A DNA stretch of 64,000 bases. Origin: Sphagnum compactum. Taxonomy: Eukaryota. Positions 1-12,513 of this stretch are shown here, piece after piece (the first letter of the stretch is position 1; every line of letters starts with the position of its first letter). Under the pieces are notes generated by a model. The model saw only the letters and a program-made list of their open reading frames with translations. It did not search any database and was not told where the DNA came from. The translations under genes and the position numbers were made by a program. Location: NCBI GenBank assembly GCA_965153455.1, contig OZ234493.1, forward strand, positions 36,880,213 to 36,944,212, written 5' to 3'.

Positions 1-612
1 TGATGCAAAAGCAATGAAAGTTCAAAAAGATGCAGATTGTTCATTGTTGTAAGAATTGTGAAAAAAATACTTGTAATGGCTTTGCAGTCAATTTTTTTTT
101 GGTTTTGCACGCATCAAGTGTAATTCTTTAGTGGAAAAACCAGTGAAGGCTCATGGCCCCACTGAATGTAGGATAGCCGTCACCCAGCGAAGTCAACTGG
201 TCTACCATGCTCATGGACACCCTACCTTTGAACTGCAATTCTTGACCAGTTGTAACTTTTTCACCTGAGAGCAATATTGAATGTGACCTTGTTTTCCTTT
301 GCCATTTGTTTGGCTTCTAGAATCATGACTTTCTTTATTGATTACTTAAGTCAGTCTACAATGTTACATGTGTTTATGTCAATTTGTTTAGAAGGAGTAC
401 GTGCATACTATGACCTCTGTGCCAATTCTATCATTTTTGAGATAGCATGGCTTCTTTTACAGATTCGTTATGAGAGGGGGGGGGGTTTGGACGGAGGAGG
501 AGGGGTAAGGGGGTTAGCTTTTTTTCGTAAAGCTTTTTTTTCATTATTGAATGGCTAGTGAAGGGGGCCATGGGCTTTTACCAGATGCATACATTGAATT
601 GAATGTTACTAG

Positions 613-1124
613 CAAGCAGCGCTCTTCAATGATGCGGCCAGTGGGTCGGATATTTTGGTGGCTAATGATGCTGTTGGGATGGGATTAAACCTTAATATTA
701 GGCACGTCACCTTCTCCACGATTGAAAAATCTGATGGCACTTCTATGCGGGCTTTAACTGTGGCTGAAATCAAACAAAATTACAGGACACCTGTAGTGTT
801 TGTATTCTTATTTCAAGATGCTAGTTGCTTTGGTTGTTTTTAGGTTGGTGGCAGTGCCTTCTTCAACCCTTGAATGAGTTCTTTGAACTATTATATGAGG
901 CCTTCCTTGGGAAAACATACGGGATTATAATGCAGGATGTTTATGCATCAAGCACCCAGCAAATTGTTGCAAAGTTGAAGTTTGACTTGAGTGGAGGAGT
1001 GTTTTGTGCAGGTCGAGCAAGCAGATATGGATCAAAGTTTCCAGAGGGTGCAGTAACATGTTTAGACAAAGAGGATCTTCCATTACTCCACCACTCCTTC
1101 ACTGATCTGACACGCCCCCTCGAG
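613..1124 (+). pseudogene. SUV3: SUV3-like DExH RNA helicase, two exons (~613-785 and 1012-1124), probably a pseudogene fragment
   Basis: Translates QAALFNDAASGSDILVANDAVGMGLNLNIRHVTFSTIEK...EIKQ and GRASRYGSKFPEGAVTCL, matching SUV3 helicase motifs V/VI. AG acceptor at 1010-1011 and GT donor at 1125. The first exon has an extra A at KQI and lacks a GT donor (cag|gacacc). Confidence 0.8.
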
Positions 1125-1930
1125 GTGATAACAATACCTGTATGAGGGCTTCGCCAAACAACAAAGGATTGATTCTGCTGTTTGAATCTCAGTCCTTGGC
1201 TAAAAAAGTGGGCGTTGAAAACAAAGTATCTCCGGGTCTTGGTTGGTCATTCCTCACCTTGTTATGAAGAAAGAAATGACATGTAGAACTACTGGTGGTT
1301 TTTAAGGCTGCTGGACTCTTCCCATCTTTTGATTTACTGGCCCTAAATTCGGCATCACACCCAAATATGACATTCTCTACAGTCATGGTAATTTTTGAAC
1401 TCTTTCTCATTGAGCTTTGTGATCTTCGATGACCAATCCGACCCTGGGCTTTTCTGCCTAACACAAGTGTGAATACCAATGTTTCAAATATTGCACTATC
1501 TCACTTGATTATGGTGGTGGGTCTTTCTTTTGTTTTTTGGTTATATGCTAATTAACAGGAGCACCAAGGTGCTAGATTGATCAATATCTGGTTCTTGAGC
1601 ATGGCTTAAGCACAGATGTATCTCTGAAGCATCCTGATCGACATGAGTCGTTCCTTGTTGTAAAACTGGAATTTGAGGATGCAACTTTCATATAGTTAAG
1701 TCTATATTTATGTGACTGAAATATATCATCGAGTGCACACCTCTAGCATTGCTCAAAATTACTGTTGCACATTCTTACACGATAATCACGATTTCAAAAA
1801 ATATCTCACCCGGGATGCCGAATCCGTGAGCAGGGCTGTCACAACACAAATTTATACTATAATTTCGAAAGAAAAAAAACGACTCAGCCATTCTTCAATA
1901 GGAAGATACCTTTACTAAATAAAAATCAAA

Positions 1931-2903
1931 CAAACAGTGAGAAATTTAAAACGACGGGTTCATGAGGTTCTATTTTTTAAGAATCGAAGGTGAACACCTC
2001 CTGCACGCTTATTGGCCCGTACAGACTGCGAACGGTATGCAATGCCGTACAGCCCACGCCAATTGGCCCTTACAGACCACAATCGTCACTGATCGAGCGG
2101 TCTGTAATGCCATACAGCCGGTCAGGAGGTGTGCATCCGCGATAACTAAAAAACATGCCACCCTAAACCCAGAAAAGGACACACTAAAAAGGGGAGAGTT
2201 GGATGATCAAGTAAACCTGACCTTCCCTCAAGAACACATGGTTGACAAATACGGAGGGGAACCATACAAACGGTGAGAAATTTAAGGTGACGGGTTCTTG
2301 AGGTTCCATTTTTTAAGAATCGAAGGTGAACACTTCCTCCACGCTAATTGGCCCGTACAAACCGCGAACGGTCTGCATTGCCATACAGCCCACGCCAATT
2401 GGCCTTTACAGACCACGATTGTCACTGATCGAGCGGTCTATAATGCCATACAGCCGGTCAGGAGGTGTGCATCCGCGATAACTAAAAAACATGCCACCCT
2501 AAACCCAGAAAAAGACACACTAAAAAGGGGAGGGTTGGATGATCAAGCAAACCTGACCTTCCCTCAAGAACACATGGTTAACAAATACGGAGGGGAACCA
2601 TACAAACGGTCAGAAATTTAAGACGACGGGTTCGTGAGTTCCATTTTTTAAGAATCGAAGGTGAACACCTCCTGCACGCTAATTGGCCCGTACAGACCGC
2701 GAACGGTCTGCATTGCCATACAGCCCACGCCAATTGGCCTTTACAGACCGCGACCGTCACTGATCGAGCGGTCTGTAATGCCATACAACTGGTCAGGAGG
2801 TGTGCATCCGCGATAACCAAAAAACATGCCACCCACAAACCCAGAAAAGGACACACTAAAAAGGGGAGGGTTGGATGATCAAGCAAACCCGACCTTCCCT
2901 CAA
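1931..2903. repeat. Tandem repeat, 336-bp unit, ~2.9 copies
   Basis: Unit starts caaac(a/g)gt(g/c)agaaatttaa at 1931, 2267 and 2603. The third copy is cut at the CACTA end at 2904. Confidence 0.95.
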
Positions 2904-3383
2904 CACTACAAGGAAAAGGCCAAAATGTGACCATCACATTTATAACTACCTGCAACTATTTGGTCTTTGCAACTAAAGTTTTGTTATCTACGACTATTAT
3001 GACATCGTGCTGACATCAGTCAAGTCATCTTCGACTAACGTGCAACTAGTTTGCGACTAATTTTATTTTCATCTATATATGGGTTGGATTTATCATCCAA
3101 GAGGAGCCATTTAAAGTCCCATTTAGTCGTAAGCGAAATGGTGCTTAGTCATAGTTGGCGTATGTCTATATGTAAAATATCGTATTGTATGGTTTTTTAG
3201 TGAGAGTGCTATACAAAGGTGTAAAATACAAATTTGTACATGTTCAGAATATTCATATAATAAATTAAAATTAAATTCCTTGAATTTAGTGGAAATGTGG
3301 TTTGTGGACTAAATTAGTCATTAATCTATTTTGCCACCTACCTGTCTCGAGCTTCTCGGCGGAACCCTAAACCTTGGCGTTGG

Positions 3384-3392
3384 AAACCCTAA
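3384..3392 (+). promoter_or_regulatory. Telo-box (AAACCCTAA) upstream of the NEP1 fragment
   Basis: Exact motif ~170 bp upstream of ATG 3560, with a near-copy at ~3363. Telo-boxes are typical of plant ribosome-biogenesis genes. Confidence 0.55.
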
Positions 3393-3559
3393 TGGGATTT
3401 CCTTCACTCTTCTCTTGGTTGTGCACAATTTCTCGTTTGTAGATTGGGCTTTGTTAGAGGAATTGCAGAGCCCTTTTTTCTTGCTTGCTTGCTTGTTGCT
3501 TTTCCAGACTAAAAACTACTTAGGTCTGGCTTGTTTACTGTTTTTGGGAGAGTTCTAGG

Positions 3560-3755
3560 ATGGTGGGTGTAGAGGACAGGAATGAAGATGTTGCAGAGGA
3601 GGAAGCTTTTGGACCTAGCAGTGTTCCGGATGCAGTAGCTGCAGTTCCAGCTCCATCCGGATGCAACAGCTCCAGTTCCAGCTCCATCTACGGAGGATGG
3701 TGGAGTCATCTTTGTGCTGGAGAAAGCCTCTTTGGAAGCTGCCAAAGTGGGGAAG
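3560..3755 (+). pseudogene. NEP1: Exon 1 of NEP1/EMG1 18S rRNA pseudouridine methyltransferase, frameshifted orphan fragment
   Basis: Ends GGVIFVLEKASLEAAKVGK|gtaaag, matching the plant NEP1 N-terminal motif IFVLEKASLEVAKVGK. A 31-bp imperfect tandem duplication (ccggatgca...gctccat) shifts the frame from ATG 3560. No downstream exons seen. Confidence 0.8.
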
Positions 3756-4012
3756 GTAAAGAAAACAAAAGAAATCCCCTCTCCTTTTCTCTCTGGGGAG
3801 GAGGGTGGGGAGTTTTTCTTTCGAGGGAGTCGTGATCGAGATGTCCACAATGAAGGGGATTATAAAGGTGATGCCATACGGGGACGAGGATTGCGCACTC
3901 CCTTTCGTGGAAGCAAGCGGCGGGGAGCTTTGTGTGCATGTGCTGCAAGTTTTGGGTTGCCTAATCTTTTGCACTATTTCTCTTTTCAATCTCTCTCTCT
4001 CTCTGGTTTCCA

Positions 4013-5623
4013 GTCTTGAAATGTAGTTGGAATTCTTGGGAATGAATTCCAACTCAATACGCTCCTTGAAGAATTCCCATGTGTAGCCATGGGTCTTCCC
4101 TTCTTCTTGCCTCACCGTCCTCCACCATGTGGAGGCATAGCCTTTCAAATAGGATTGGGCAAGTTCCACGGCCGAATGCCGACCAACCTTGGCGGCATGA
4201 AGGTAGTCCTCCATTTCCGCAAACCAAACATCCACAACCTTCCGATCCCGGGCCCCATCAAAGTTCCCGGGCCTAGCGGGCTTGAACCCCACACTTTTGG
4301 ATGAACCTCCCTTGAGGGCCTCAACCAATTCACTAAAATCGGGCCTATTCATTTTGAGTAGGACCTCCAATTGTTCCGGGGTGAAGAGCATCGCATTAGG
4401 TTGCTCCTCTTCATTTTCATGGTCCTCATGGCTATCACGGTCTTGTTCACCTTCGGAATCCTTTTGTTCTTCCCCATTCATGGCTTGGGGTGGAACATCC
4501 GGGTCTTGGGTGGGTTCTTCCACCACGGTCTCTTGGACTATCTTACGGGACTTCTTTGGTGCCATCGGAACTCCCCAATAAGTGGATCGAGCTCACCAGA
4601 GCTCTGATACCAAATGACGCACTCCCAAGTTCCTAGTGGACCCACTTGAGGGTCCAAGTATGTGGCAATGCGGAAGGAGTTGGAACTTGGAGCACACTCC
4701 CGACTTCTAGCACTAGAGGGGGGTGAGAGGGGTGTGCTAGAAGTCCCGAGATAGACTAGGAAGAGTTGACAAGCTTCACTCACTCACACGGGCCTGCATG
4801 GAACCACACAAAGTGGTTAGTGCAAAGTTGGAGCACCCTTGGTGCTAGGACGAGCCATGGGCAACACGGACACACAAGATTCACCACGGCCCGGACTTGG
4901 GGGAAGCCACCACCTTCCCCCTTATAGTATACTTTGCAGCTCTCCATGGAGGCTACATCCAAATGGCTATTTTTCTCGGGACTCCCGAGTGGGAGTCCCG
5001 AAATCGCGCCAAATGGGACTCTCGCGACTTTGGATCCCCATAACATTGCGAGCAAACCTCGGATCGCAATGCGGTCTGAAGCAAAGTTGTAGATCTTGTC
5101 GAAACCTTTTCAACAGTATGTTGCACGTCCTCTGCAGCCTAGTATTTTGGGTCGATTCCTGACTTTTAGTGGTCGGGAGTCAAAACTTGCAGACTCCCGA
5201 GAATTTGACTACCGACCCTTCTTTTGGCCATAACTTGTGTTTCAAATGTCCAAATGAGCAATGCGAGCCCATTTTAGATATCTACGTTTCAAGAGCTTTT
5301 CAATGATATAAAGAACACCACAAGATATTGAGGTTTGACACCTGCAATTGCTCTCTGAAGTTTTGGGAGTCCACCGGGACTCCATCTCCCGAAGTGGGAG
5401 TTGCCTTGGGAGTGTGAGTGTTCACTCCCTCACACTCCCTCACACTTTCTTACACTCCCGGGAGTGTGATGTGACTCCCGGGCTTTCTCTTGCCTTAACT
5501 CCCGGGCTTCCTCTTGGTTTAACTCCCGAGCTCCCTCTTGGTTTAACTTTCGGGCTTCCACTTGGCCCGCAACCTTATAACCCCTTTGCCTTTGGTCTCG
5601 GGCCCAAAGCTAGGGTTGCGACA
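4013..5623 (-). mobile_element. Truncated Ty3/gypsy-like LTR retrotransposon: 5' LTR (4615-5623), tRNA-Met PBS (4601-4612) and 5' part of gag
   Basis: The LTR reads TGTCGCAACCCTAG...GCGTCA on the minus strand, followed by TGGTATCAGAGC. Gag from 4565 reads MAPKKSRK...FDGARDRKVVDVWFAEMEDYL...YASTWW and breaks off near 4013. Confidence 0.9.
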
Positions 5624-7062
5624 GTTCGTGTACTATAGTCGCGTATCTTGGGACTTAGGTTTTTGGAAAGCCCAAACGTCGCTTCTCGTACCTTGATAAG
5701 CATACTTTAGGAAAGGCTTGATTGTTGTGATCAAGGCGCAAGATTGGGAAAGGAGTCATGTCAAGTAGCTTAGGTCAAGATTAGGCTTGGCTTGAGTTCC
5801 TCATGAGGGGAAGGTTGAAAGAATGGCCTCCCAAATGAGGGCTTCGTCAATTAGGCTAGTTAGGTCTTTTGACGAAGTAATGGAGGGTTTCTATTGAGAC
5901 ACCCTTGGACTTGCCAAGAGAGTGTTGGAAGCTTGGGGACGCCTAAGTTAGCTTGAGGCAAGGTCCGGCCGTAAGGAGTCGGCATTCGATGGCCAAGGAT
6001 CCAAAAGAAAGCAATTGCAATTGTTGAAAGAAATTCTAAATGTCAATGAGGACATTGACCTTTTCTTTTAGTGGGGGAGAGTGTCGCAACCCTAGCTTTG
6101 GGCCCGGGACCAAAGGCAAAGGGGTTATAAGGTTGCAGGCCAAGAGGAAGCCCGGGAGTTAAACTAAGAGGAAGCCCAGGAGTCAAGGAAAGAGAAAGCC
6201 CGGGAGTCACATCACACTCCCAGGAGTGTAAGAAAGTGTAAGGGAGTGTGAGGGAGTGAACACTCACACTCCCAAGGCAACTCCCACTTTGGGAGATGGA
6301 GTCCCGGTGGACTCCCAAAACTTCAGAGAGCAATTGCAGGTGTCAAACCTCAATGTCTTGTGGCGTTCTTTATATCATTGGAAAGCTCTTGAAGCGTAAA
6401 TATTTAAAATGGGCTCGCATTGCTCATTTGGACATCTGAAACACAAGTTATGGCCAAAAGAAGGGTCGGGAGTCGAATTCCCGGGAGTCTGCCAGTTTCG
6501 ACTCCCGACCACTAAAAGTCAGGAATCGACCCGAAATACTGGGCTGCAGAGGACGTGCGACATACCGTTGGAAAGGTCTCGACGAGATCTACAACTTTGC
6601 TTTAAACTACATTGCGATCCGAGGTCTGCTCGAAAAGTTATGGGGCTCCAAAGTCGCAGGAGTCCCATTTGGCGCGATTTCGGGACTCCCACTCGGGAGT
6701 CCCGGAAAAAATAGCCATTTGGATGTAGCCTCCGTGGAGAGCTGCAGAGTATACTATAAGGGGGAAGGTGGTGGCTTCCCCCAAGTCCGGGCCGTGGTGA
6801 GTCTTGTGTGTCCGTGTTGCCCGTGGCTCGTCCTAGCACCAAAGGTGCTCCAACTATGCACTAACCACTTTGTGTGGGTTGTGTGCAGGCCCGTGTGAGT
6901 GAATAAGCTTGTCAATTCTTCCTAGTCCCATCCCGGAGCTCCAACACGCCCCTCTACCCCTCTAAGTGTTGTGAGCTAGGGAGCGGCTCCAAGTTCCAAC
7001 TTTTTCCGCATTGCCGCATACTTGGACCCTCAAGTGGGTCCACTAGGAACTTGAGTGTGTCA
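5624..7062 (+). mobile_element. 3' portion of a same-family LTR element in opposite orientation: internal 3' region, PPT (~6070-6081) and 3' LTR (6082-7062)
   Basis: AGTGGGGGAGAG lies directly before TGTCGCAACCCTAG and the LTR ends ...GTGTCA. The internal part is the reverse complement of sequence at 28279-29170. Confidence 0.9.
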
Positions 7063-10000
7063 TGCATTATCTGTAAATAAATGCATTATTTAAAACTAAA
7101 ATAAAAAACTAATTGCCACATGTCATAATCGTTATGAGTAAAATCGAACGGTCCATATATACTGTAATTATTTAATAATAGAGTAAATACCATATTAAAA
7201 GCCACGTGTCATAATCCTAGTGCTTGAATCGGACGGGTAGTATTATTAGATGTCATGAAGAATTTTTAAATCAAATATCCAATATACCACGTGGTCTCTA
7301 TGCATTGGTGAAAAATAATAACCAAAATCATTGTTAAATATTGGCACCACGTACGTATATTCGTATTTTGTCATGAATTGGTATTTGTACGCTGAACAGT
7401 TTCCGTCCACCCCGTTGTCGCCTACGACTAAGGACGCCTGTGACTTGTCCAAGGCGACTACACAATTTTTAGTTGTAGATGTCGCCTGTGACTAGAAAAC
7501 AGTCACAAAGATCAGTCGAAAAAGGCAACTTTCCTTGTAGTGATGAGTTCTTCTTCCGACAATGTCTTCTGCACAAAAAACCCTAACCAGCTCCCGAGTT
7601 TTTCCAATTAAGCTCCAGTTTGGTACGATCAGGTTGTACATTAAAAACTCCCTGAGCATCTACAACTAAGTACAACATACTACTCCCGGAGATGAGAAGG
7701 CAAACCTTGAGGAAGCCCCGCAGCAGCACATGCCATGATCACAGATCGTCCACACTCACCGATGCGATCCAAAAACCTAAAAAAACACTCATTCCTGCTG
7801 TTGCTCTTCTCTCTCTCTCTCGATGATACTTACTACACAGCTTCAAAAGGGGGCTCTCGAAGGCGGCACCACGGGAACCAAAACGACCGTTGTCAATCCA
7901 GTGCCATGAAGAGAGAGAGAGAGAGAGAGGGCGAGCGACCGAGCGTCCAAGGCGAGCTCCCTTTGTGAGCGAGCGAGAGAGGGAGGAGCGAGAAGGTGAG
8001 AAGCAAGAACGGCCATTTGTTGCTCGCCGGTAAAACTCACACACACTGGTGGCAGGCAAGGCCACCTTCAGTTAAGTTAACGGACCTACTACCATTCCAG
8101 TCCAGTTAACAATTAACTAGCTGCAAACGAGATCATGTACCTTTATGTGGCCACAGTGAACGAGCACCCACCAACGCACCATCCACTGGATGCCCGTTAT
8201 ATACTCAGTTGTGGATGAACCTCAAACTGGGTTTCACCTCAGTAACCAATTGTGTAGGAAATAGCTCTCATACATAGGTAGGCAGGTAGGTAGGAAAATA
8301 GGTAATTACTAGTTGAGTAGATGGTTTATACATGGGAAAGGGCTGTTTTTACTACCTACCTAATAACAACCTGCTTGTGGGTTGTTAGTAGGTAGGTAAA
8401 AAAAAAAGGGCAACTGAGCTAACTACCATGGTTAGCTATGGAACTGGAGCCCAACAGAAAACTGTTTCTTGAACACTTATCATTCATCCGTCATGCTGCG
8501 TTGGCAGTTGCTGGTTCACTGTGGCCCCTTGACGTACCTTACTATCTTACTACTTACCCCCCAGCGAAAGTTACTAAACGAGGTACTAACTGAACCAGGA
8601 CTCTTGACGGGTGCCGGTTAGCAGGTGATGAGCAGAGGCGGGAAACTTGAAACCTGTTAACTTCCCCCGTCCGCGGCCGCGCCCTTGCCCGTGCGGTCCA
8701 TTTCTGGGCGCATTGACCGATGGACCTGCTTTGTCCGACCGACATGGCAACAAATTTGTCGCCATTTGGGCCCACCACCAGGAGCTGACACGTCGTTATT
8801 TGGCCTCTCGAATTAGCCATTTGTAGCTGACCTTTTTAGTTGTACGTTCAATTTTATCGCCCAATGAGAACGCGCCAAGAAGTTGTGCGCCTCCAGATCG
8901 AGGAGTCCACCAGACTGGCACTAATGAGAAGTCGGCACCTGGGTTTGAACAAATGGGCTTTTTTTAGGTCATGGGGTTTCTATCTCCCTTGCTGGTTGTG
9001 TGTGAAAAGGGATTCAAATAGTTTCTCATTCAATTTGGGTAGGTAAGTGTGCCCTGGAATGGGCACGCAATTTACTCAACGGAAAAGTGTGGGGTATCCT
9101 AGGATTTCATGGCCTAGGGGAAAAAATCATTTTTAGCGGTGAGGGCCAATCAACCTGCACCAAATCAGCAAAAAAGACCCCCCTTTGGCGCCATCTTAGA
9201 TGGGAGGTTGCCCATTCGAAAGGTGTAAAAGGCTGAAAAATCAAAAGCCCGCGAAAAAGTAAACAAATACTTACGAGTTCGCACATAGGGAACACAGAGA
9301 TGATGAGGGCAAATTTTTTTGAACTGATGGACTAGGGTTAATTATGAACTGCCACTTCAGTTAGTTTTATTGGCATCACTTTTGGCCATCTCCCATTATT
9401 TGGCCCCTTTTTGACCCCATTCATGAATAAATTGCCTTTGTTACACTTGCCAGTTCTTGAGTAGTGCCGTTTTATGGTAAGTGAATGTGAAACGTGTTAA
9501 AATTTGGCATCGAGCAACGTCTAGGGGCTTGGGGGTTGGCAATCAAGCCTTTGCTTCTCATCAAATCTGGGTAGTTCAAAATGGGCTTTTGGCCAGCTCT
9601 TTGTGAGGCCAAATTTGGCTCTTGACCAGATTTGTGACGGGAAAAACCAAATAGGTATAGCTCAAATGGAAGGGAAAATGTTCCCTTCCCCCCCCCCCCT
9701 TCTTTCGGGCCTTTGAGCTTTATGACCATTTGACCCTAAACCCTCTTTCTTTTCACTCCCATCCTCTTTTCTTGTGTTTTGTTGTCATAAAGATTGGTGG
9801 GTTTACATCATTTGTCTATGGACATGGGGAAACCCATCCTATCACCTTTGCTGGACGTGTTCATGTTAGGAGTTCACTCTTTAATGGTGATTGTCAATTG
9901 AGTTTGCGTCTAATGAATGATACATTGTCAACGTCAGTAGTGAGAGAGAGATATTTAGATGGATGAATAATTTTAAGGCAAGCTTTCATTTATGTGATAC

Positions 10001-10478
10001 TTTTACGGTAGGTTTTAATACACATGGACCTCCAACATTTATTCTACATGCAAAAGGATATGCTTTGCATTTCAGGTCATGCTAGCAAAATATTCAGGAA
10101 TTTATTGAATTTGCTCTTGATTTTAAGGACCATTTTTTGGTAGTAGGTCTTCACTAATTTTCTACCCTTATATATTACCCTTAAAATAAAGCATATTCCT
10201 GAACATCAAGTTGTCCAACATGTTTTGGATGAAGATTAGTGAAAATTTGTCAGAATAGGGCTTTTATTTAAAAAATAGCTTCAACATATATATATTAAAA
10301 AAACCCCTCCCCCCCCCCCTCCCTAGCCACTAAACAATGAAAAAATAGTTTTAAGAAAAAAAGTAACCCCCTTCCCCTCTTCCTTCCACATGTCAAATGA
10401 AAGAGGAAAAAAAAAAAACATTAACTTGTACCCCCCTCCCTTTCAAGAGGAAAAGAAATTAATTTGGCCACATAATTT

Positions 10479-10796
10479 GGCCCACTTTAGACGAGGGTAC
10501 CGGGTCCAATTTCCTAAGAACCAATTTGTACTGATTTGAAGCAAATTGAATCCTTGGGTCGGACTGTACCTTGGTCCCTACCCTGATTTTTGCTTTTCCA
10601 AAACAGGAGCACTCCTTTTGGCAGTTTTTTTTAATTTTCCGTCCAAAACAAGTGCCATGTAGGTTCTGCCTCAGTTTGCCGCTTTTTGGTCTTGGACCGT
10701 CGTCTAAAGGCCTTGGAACCAATTTGAAGCTTCCGACCAACAAGATTGCTTGAATTCATTGGTCCTTGGACCTTGGACACTCGTCTAAAGTCGCCC
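10479..10796. mobile_element. PIF/Harbinger (Tourist-like) MITE
   Basis: TIRs GGCCCACTTTAGACGAG / CTCGTCTAAAGTCGCCC followed by TTA. An inverted homolog lies at 57345-57671. Confidence 0.8.
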
Positions 10797-11889
10797 TTAG
10801 ATGAGAAACCAAAATATGATATGAAATTGGGCAACACTATGGGTCTCCACTATTTGATCTAAAATATGTGGGCACTGGGATTTGCAAGAAAAGGAAAAAT
10901 TGTTCGTGAAAATGCAAATCAGCTCAGTTGCAGTGTTTTTTTTTATTGGCAAACTTTCAGCAAAGTTCCGCCTGAAAAGTATGGTTTCTTACCTTACAAA
11001 GTAGTGGTTTCTTTCATTGTCTGGCCATTTTTGATCAAAATATTTAGAAAATTTTGGGAAAATGTGCTTTTCGAGTGTACATTGAACTATTTTACCCATT
11101 TTGGGGGAAACGTTTGCTAATTCCTATATGAAATTAGTTGGTCCCTTCTGGGACCTGGAGTGGAGGTAGGCCTATCGCTGTCTTTTATTGACTACGCCCC
11201 TCTCTCTCTCTCTCTCTCAGAGTAATACTGCTCCTGCAGCACTAACCTAAATGTTGTCAGCTTGGGTCGCTAGAGAGAGTCGACACAGACAGAGCGGATG
11301 ATGATATTACACTCTTCCTCTGCAATATTACCTAGTCATTACCTATTAAGAAGAGGTGAGGACTTCGAAAATTTCACACAGCCTGTTTCCAGCAACTACA
11401 AACACAGTGAATGATTGCTAGTCACAGTATGAGACTTGGAAAAAAGAACAATACTAATTTGGGACAGTTCGACTATTTACAGGATCTTAACATACTGTTG
11501 TTCTCTAACGTTGTAGACCAAGCTGCCCAGAAAACTGAATACTACTCAGCCTACTACATGGGGGGGAGGGGGGGGGGTAAACAAGCCACCACCAGCAGCA
11601 GACATTCACATGGCATTTACATTCACATGGCATTATTTGTCTGAGGTACATAGGGTTCTTTTTTCTTTACAAGTTCCTCAAATAGGTCCAATGGGGGAGG
11701 GTCCCCCAGCATTTATTAGCATTATTACTGGCAACTGTCATTTGAGGTGGGCTGTAGCATTTTTACAAAATGGGTGTGCCTAGGTCTAGTTATGGGTAAT
11801 TTATTTATTTTCATTTCAAAAAAGGTCCAAAAAAATGGCTAAAAAATCACCCAAGTCACTCCTGCCTACCAAGGATGTTCATTGCTTGA

Positions 11890-12300
11890 TTAAACAGGAA
11901 AAAAAATTCGTGCCATATAAAATTTCCCCCATTTTTTTTTCATGGGCTTTAATGACCCAACACCCATCGGCGCACAAGCCACAAATCTTGTTTTAGGGTT
12001 CAAGGTGGACAAACTTTTCTCCTAGGGAAATTAAAGAATAGCTCGGAGAAAATGGATAAAACACACTTATCAAATTGAAAACCTTTATCATCAAAGAGGT
12101 ATATAATATGGATTTGTATGGAACAACTTAAGCCGTATCACAAAATTAATCAAGAATTATTTTTTAAAGTCTGCTTTATTGGACCCCTCAAATGTTTCAG
12201 ATATACATGTGGACCACCCAAGGATTTTTTTTTTGTCTATTTATGTTTTGTGAATACATTTAATAGGGTATAAATATTTAATGCTGTGTAAGGAATATTA
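11890..12300. repeat. Dispersed repeat, second copy at ~14735-15185 (likely TE relic)
   Basis: Shared blocks aatgacccaacacc, gacaaacttttctcc, atcaaagaggtat and aaggatttttttt..gaatacatttaa, with block order differing between the copies. Confidence 0.7.
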
Positions 12301-12513
12301 TTGGCTACCTGATAGAACTTATCATAAAAGTCTGGTGTTTTATAAACTTTTTTTTTCCCACAAAGTTTGGCCGATTTGGGACCATTTATTTTCCATGAAA
12401 AATCCTTCAAATAGGTTGAAATTTGAAATCATATATTTCAGGTGCAAAATTGGCAAAAAAATTGGCAATACAACAAATCAAGGAGCTGCATGTAGGCAGT
12501 AGTATGTACATTG

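Larger units (their letters stand above)
2904..7542. mobile_element. Region bounded by non-autonomous CACTA (En/Spm) termini, with nested content
   Basis: Left end CACTACAAGGAAA at 2904 and right end TTTCCTTGTAGTG ending at 7542. Many short subterminal gcaacta/cgacta/agtcg motifs at both ends. No matching 3-bp TSD (caa vs atg). Confidence 0.75.

Noticed and set aside
3615-4565. 316-aa intact gag
   Set aside because: Only about the first 184 aa are gag. The rest is read-through into the antisense of the NEP1 fragment.
7700-8070. Gene start near the GA/CT microsatellites
   Set aside because: It looks like a 5' UTR, but no recognisable coding exon or protein family could be attached.
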